Positions 61,892 to 64,000 of a DNA stretch of 64,000 nt are shown here, piece after piece. Below the pieces are notes generated by a model that saw only the letters and a list, made by a program, of their open reading frames with translations, ran no database searches and was not told where the DNA came from. A program made the translations under genes and the position numbers. This DNA is from the human T2T-CHM13v2.0 reference genome, Homo sapiens. The stretch's first letter is position 1. Every line of letters starts with the position of its first letter. The DNA lies in assembly GCF_009914755.1 (NCBI RefSeq), contig NC_060934.1, one strand, 5' to 3'.

Positions 61892-63304
61892 GAAGGTGGG
61901 ACATTCTTCACTAGCCTAAACTACATTCAATTCTGGGTTTGATCTCCTGCTCTCAAGTGGTAAGCTGGAGAAGTTCACTCAGATCTTAAGAGCAAAGACT
62001 ATCCTCCCAAATGTGCTAGCTGGCCAAGGATTGGGCTCCTTATGAAAGATGTCAATGGTTCAGATCAAAAGCTTTCAAAAACTTGAGAGTAAAAGGAATA
62101 ATCTGCTTCTTTACACATAGTCTTCAAAAAGTATCCATTCTTAACAAAAAATTTTCCTCTGTGGTTTAATAGATGCCAAGACTTCAGATTTTCAAGACTT
62201 TGGAGATTAAGATCTCCTGTGAGTTCCCCTCATTAATCCATATTGCCCTTGGTTTATTCCAAGGGCATTAAAGCGTGAAGAGGGCTTCGGGCCAGCCAGT
62301 GCTCAAGGCCAGCATCCACTGCTCCCATCTGAAGCAGGGAAATTCATGACACATTGTTTGCTTCTTCAAAACAGGTTCTCAGGGCCAAAAAAAAAAAAAA
62401 AAAATGCATATCTCATTAGTTCTTTAAGCCAGGCAGTTTCATAATTGAGGTTTAGTACTTTTAATGTTCAGATTGAATCCTTCATCAGAACCTCCAACCT
62501 CATGGCTTGTGTTTGGGATTTGGGATAATAATGTGGTGACAAAGATTCACTCTGCAGAAAAAATAAAAGATATTCCAAAGGAGGTATTTTTAGTTTAGTA
62601 AAAGAAAGGTTTTCTGGAGAAATGAGGAAGTGTTTGATTTTTCTAGCTTTTATCTTTTGCCATGGATATACTGCTGAGGCAAATGAAATGTCTTGTTCCT
62701 CGGGCGCACCAACATCACCTTTTAATGACAAGCCATTAACTTCAGTTAAAAAGTGGTGCTCTGGTGAAAATGCAGGCGATGGAGCGAGATTGCCTGTAAT
62801 CTCTTATGAAGAACCCAGGAATCTGACCTTCAGAAGCATGCGAAGGAGAGGGAAAAAATTCAGAGTAGATCTTTTGGAAGAGAGGGTGGGGAACTTAACT
62901 CCTATGGAGGCCTAAAAGGTAAAGGACAGGAACACAGCTGGGCAGGGAAAATAACAAAGCAAGTACCACCTGGGTGGTGCAGGATGTGAACTGAAGGTGA
63001 CATGTTATACCCCAAAGGGTCAGCAACTGCTCAAAAAGTGCCCAATTTAGGTCACGCAGAAATGTGGGCTCAGTGATGCTCCATCTAGGAAATTTTTTTT
63101 CAAAAAAGATGAAGATCCAGATCTTATGTAAAATCTTCTTATATATAAATGCTTGTCCAGATTCATAAAAACATGATATGACCAAGCAGAAAATGATGGA
63201 GGTTTGCACCTTTCGGTTTAGAACGTCAGTATTACACCAAACTTCTTATGAAGTCAGTGGTCATATGTTGTTCAAGTGAGCAGTTTGTGGTTCCAAAACT
63301 CAAA

Positions 63305-63414
63305 TATATGTATGTATGTGTATATATATATATATATATACACACACACATATATATATATATACACACACATATATATATATACACACACACACACACA
63401 TATATATATATATG
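63305..63414. repeat. Compound (TA)n/(CA)n microsatellite
   Basis: About 110 bp of alternating purine-pyrimidine blocks. Confidence 0.95.
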
Positions 63415-63424
63415 TAATTTTTGG

Positions 63425-63860
63425 GGGTGGAAGTAAGGATACAACTGGCTGTCTCATAAACATTATATATGACTGGAAAGAAATAACCCCCAGGGTTCAT
63501 GGGGACAGGCCTGGGAACCAGAAATTGGGAATTGTAGTATCTGTCTCTGTGTCTTTCTAAAGCCACATGGTCCTGTGTTTCTGCCTTTCTAGAAACACCC
63601 CTCCATTTCTCTCTGCAGGCCAGCTTCCTCTATTTCTAGGTAATGCTGCTCCACATACATGACTTTTTAGCTCCAGAACCTACCAACAATGGATGGCAGT
63701 CTCTATATCTCACTCTAGAGAACTGGATTGGCTGAGGTAAGGCTATGAATTGGTTTCCCTGGGTAAACAGCTGTTTGCTGGTCCAATTACCAATGGCTGG
63801 ACAGAGATTGAGTTGGGTTGAGGCAGAACGTAATGTAATCAAAGATCCATGGGCAGGTTA
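63425..63860 (-). mobile_element. Old MLT1-like LTR
   Basis: GGCTGTCTCAT...GGCCTGGGAACCAG...GAGAACTGGATTGGCTGAG...GTCCAAT. Boundaries approximate. Confidence 0.45.
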
Positions 63861-64000
63861 GATTAAGACAAAAGGGGAAGTTAAATGTGGAAATAGATTG
63901 GCTGACATCATATATACTACACATACTAATGTTTATATTTTTTATTTTAAATGCTGACAAATTTAAGTTAAGAAATAATATGTGATTATTGAAGAAAGTC

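Noticed and set aside
62622-62915. 97-aa ORF with a signal-peptide-like N-terminus (MRKCLIFLAFIFCHG)
   Set aside because: No recognisable domain, promoter or exon structure, and the length is within chance expectation.
63232-63566. Five overlapping Y/I/H/T/C/V-rich ORFs
   Set aside because: Translations of the TA/CA microsatellite.

Overview
Primate (hominoid, most likely human) non-coding DNA, either intergenic or intronic, AT-rich and dense in repeats. I cannot support any host protein-coding exon, RNA gene or CRISPR array, and I cannot place the locus. Main elements: (1) a two-LTR HERV-W/LTR17 provirus on the minus strand (14434-20675, CAAT target-site duplication), shrunk to about 6.2 kb by at least six internal deletions, most bounded by microhomology, with a tRNA-Arg-type primer binding site; (2) about 580 bp away and pointing the opposite way, a solo LTR12C (21253-22623) nested in an Alu that is nested in an MLT1 LTR; (3) a young L1PA2-like insertion with a twin-priming 5' inversion (about 35942-38898) that creates a 589-codon chimeric ORF2 frame; (4) many Alus, MaLR/ERV LTRs, DNA-transposon relics, MIR/L2 fragments and microsatellites. 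Repeat family names and consensus comparisons come from remembered consensus sequences, not from a search. I see no convincing new biological system. The best leads are the possible frame-preserved matrix-less Gag of the deleted HERV-W, the L1 chimeric ORF, the back-to-back LTR promoters and a perfect 21-bp hairpin in unique DNA.
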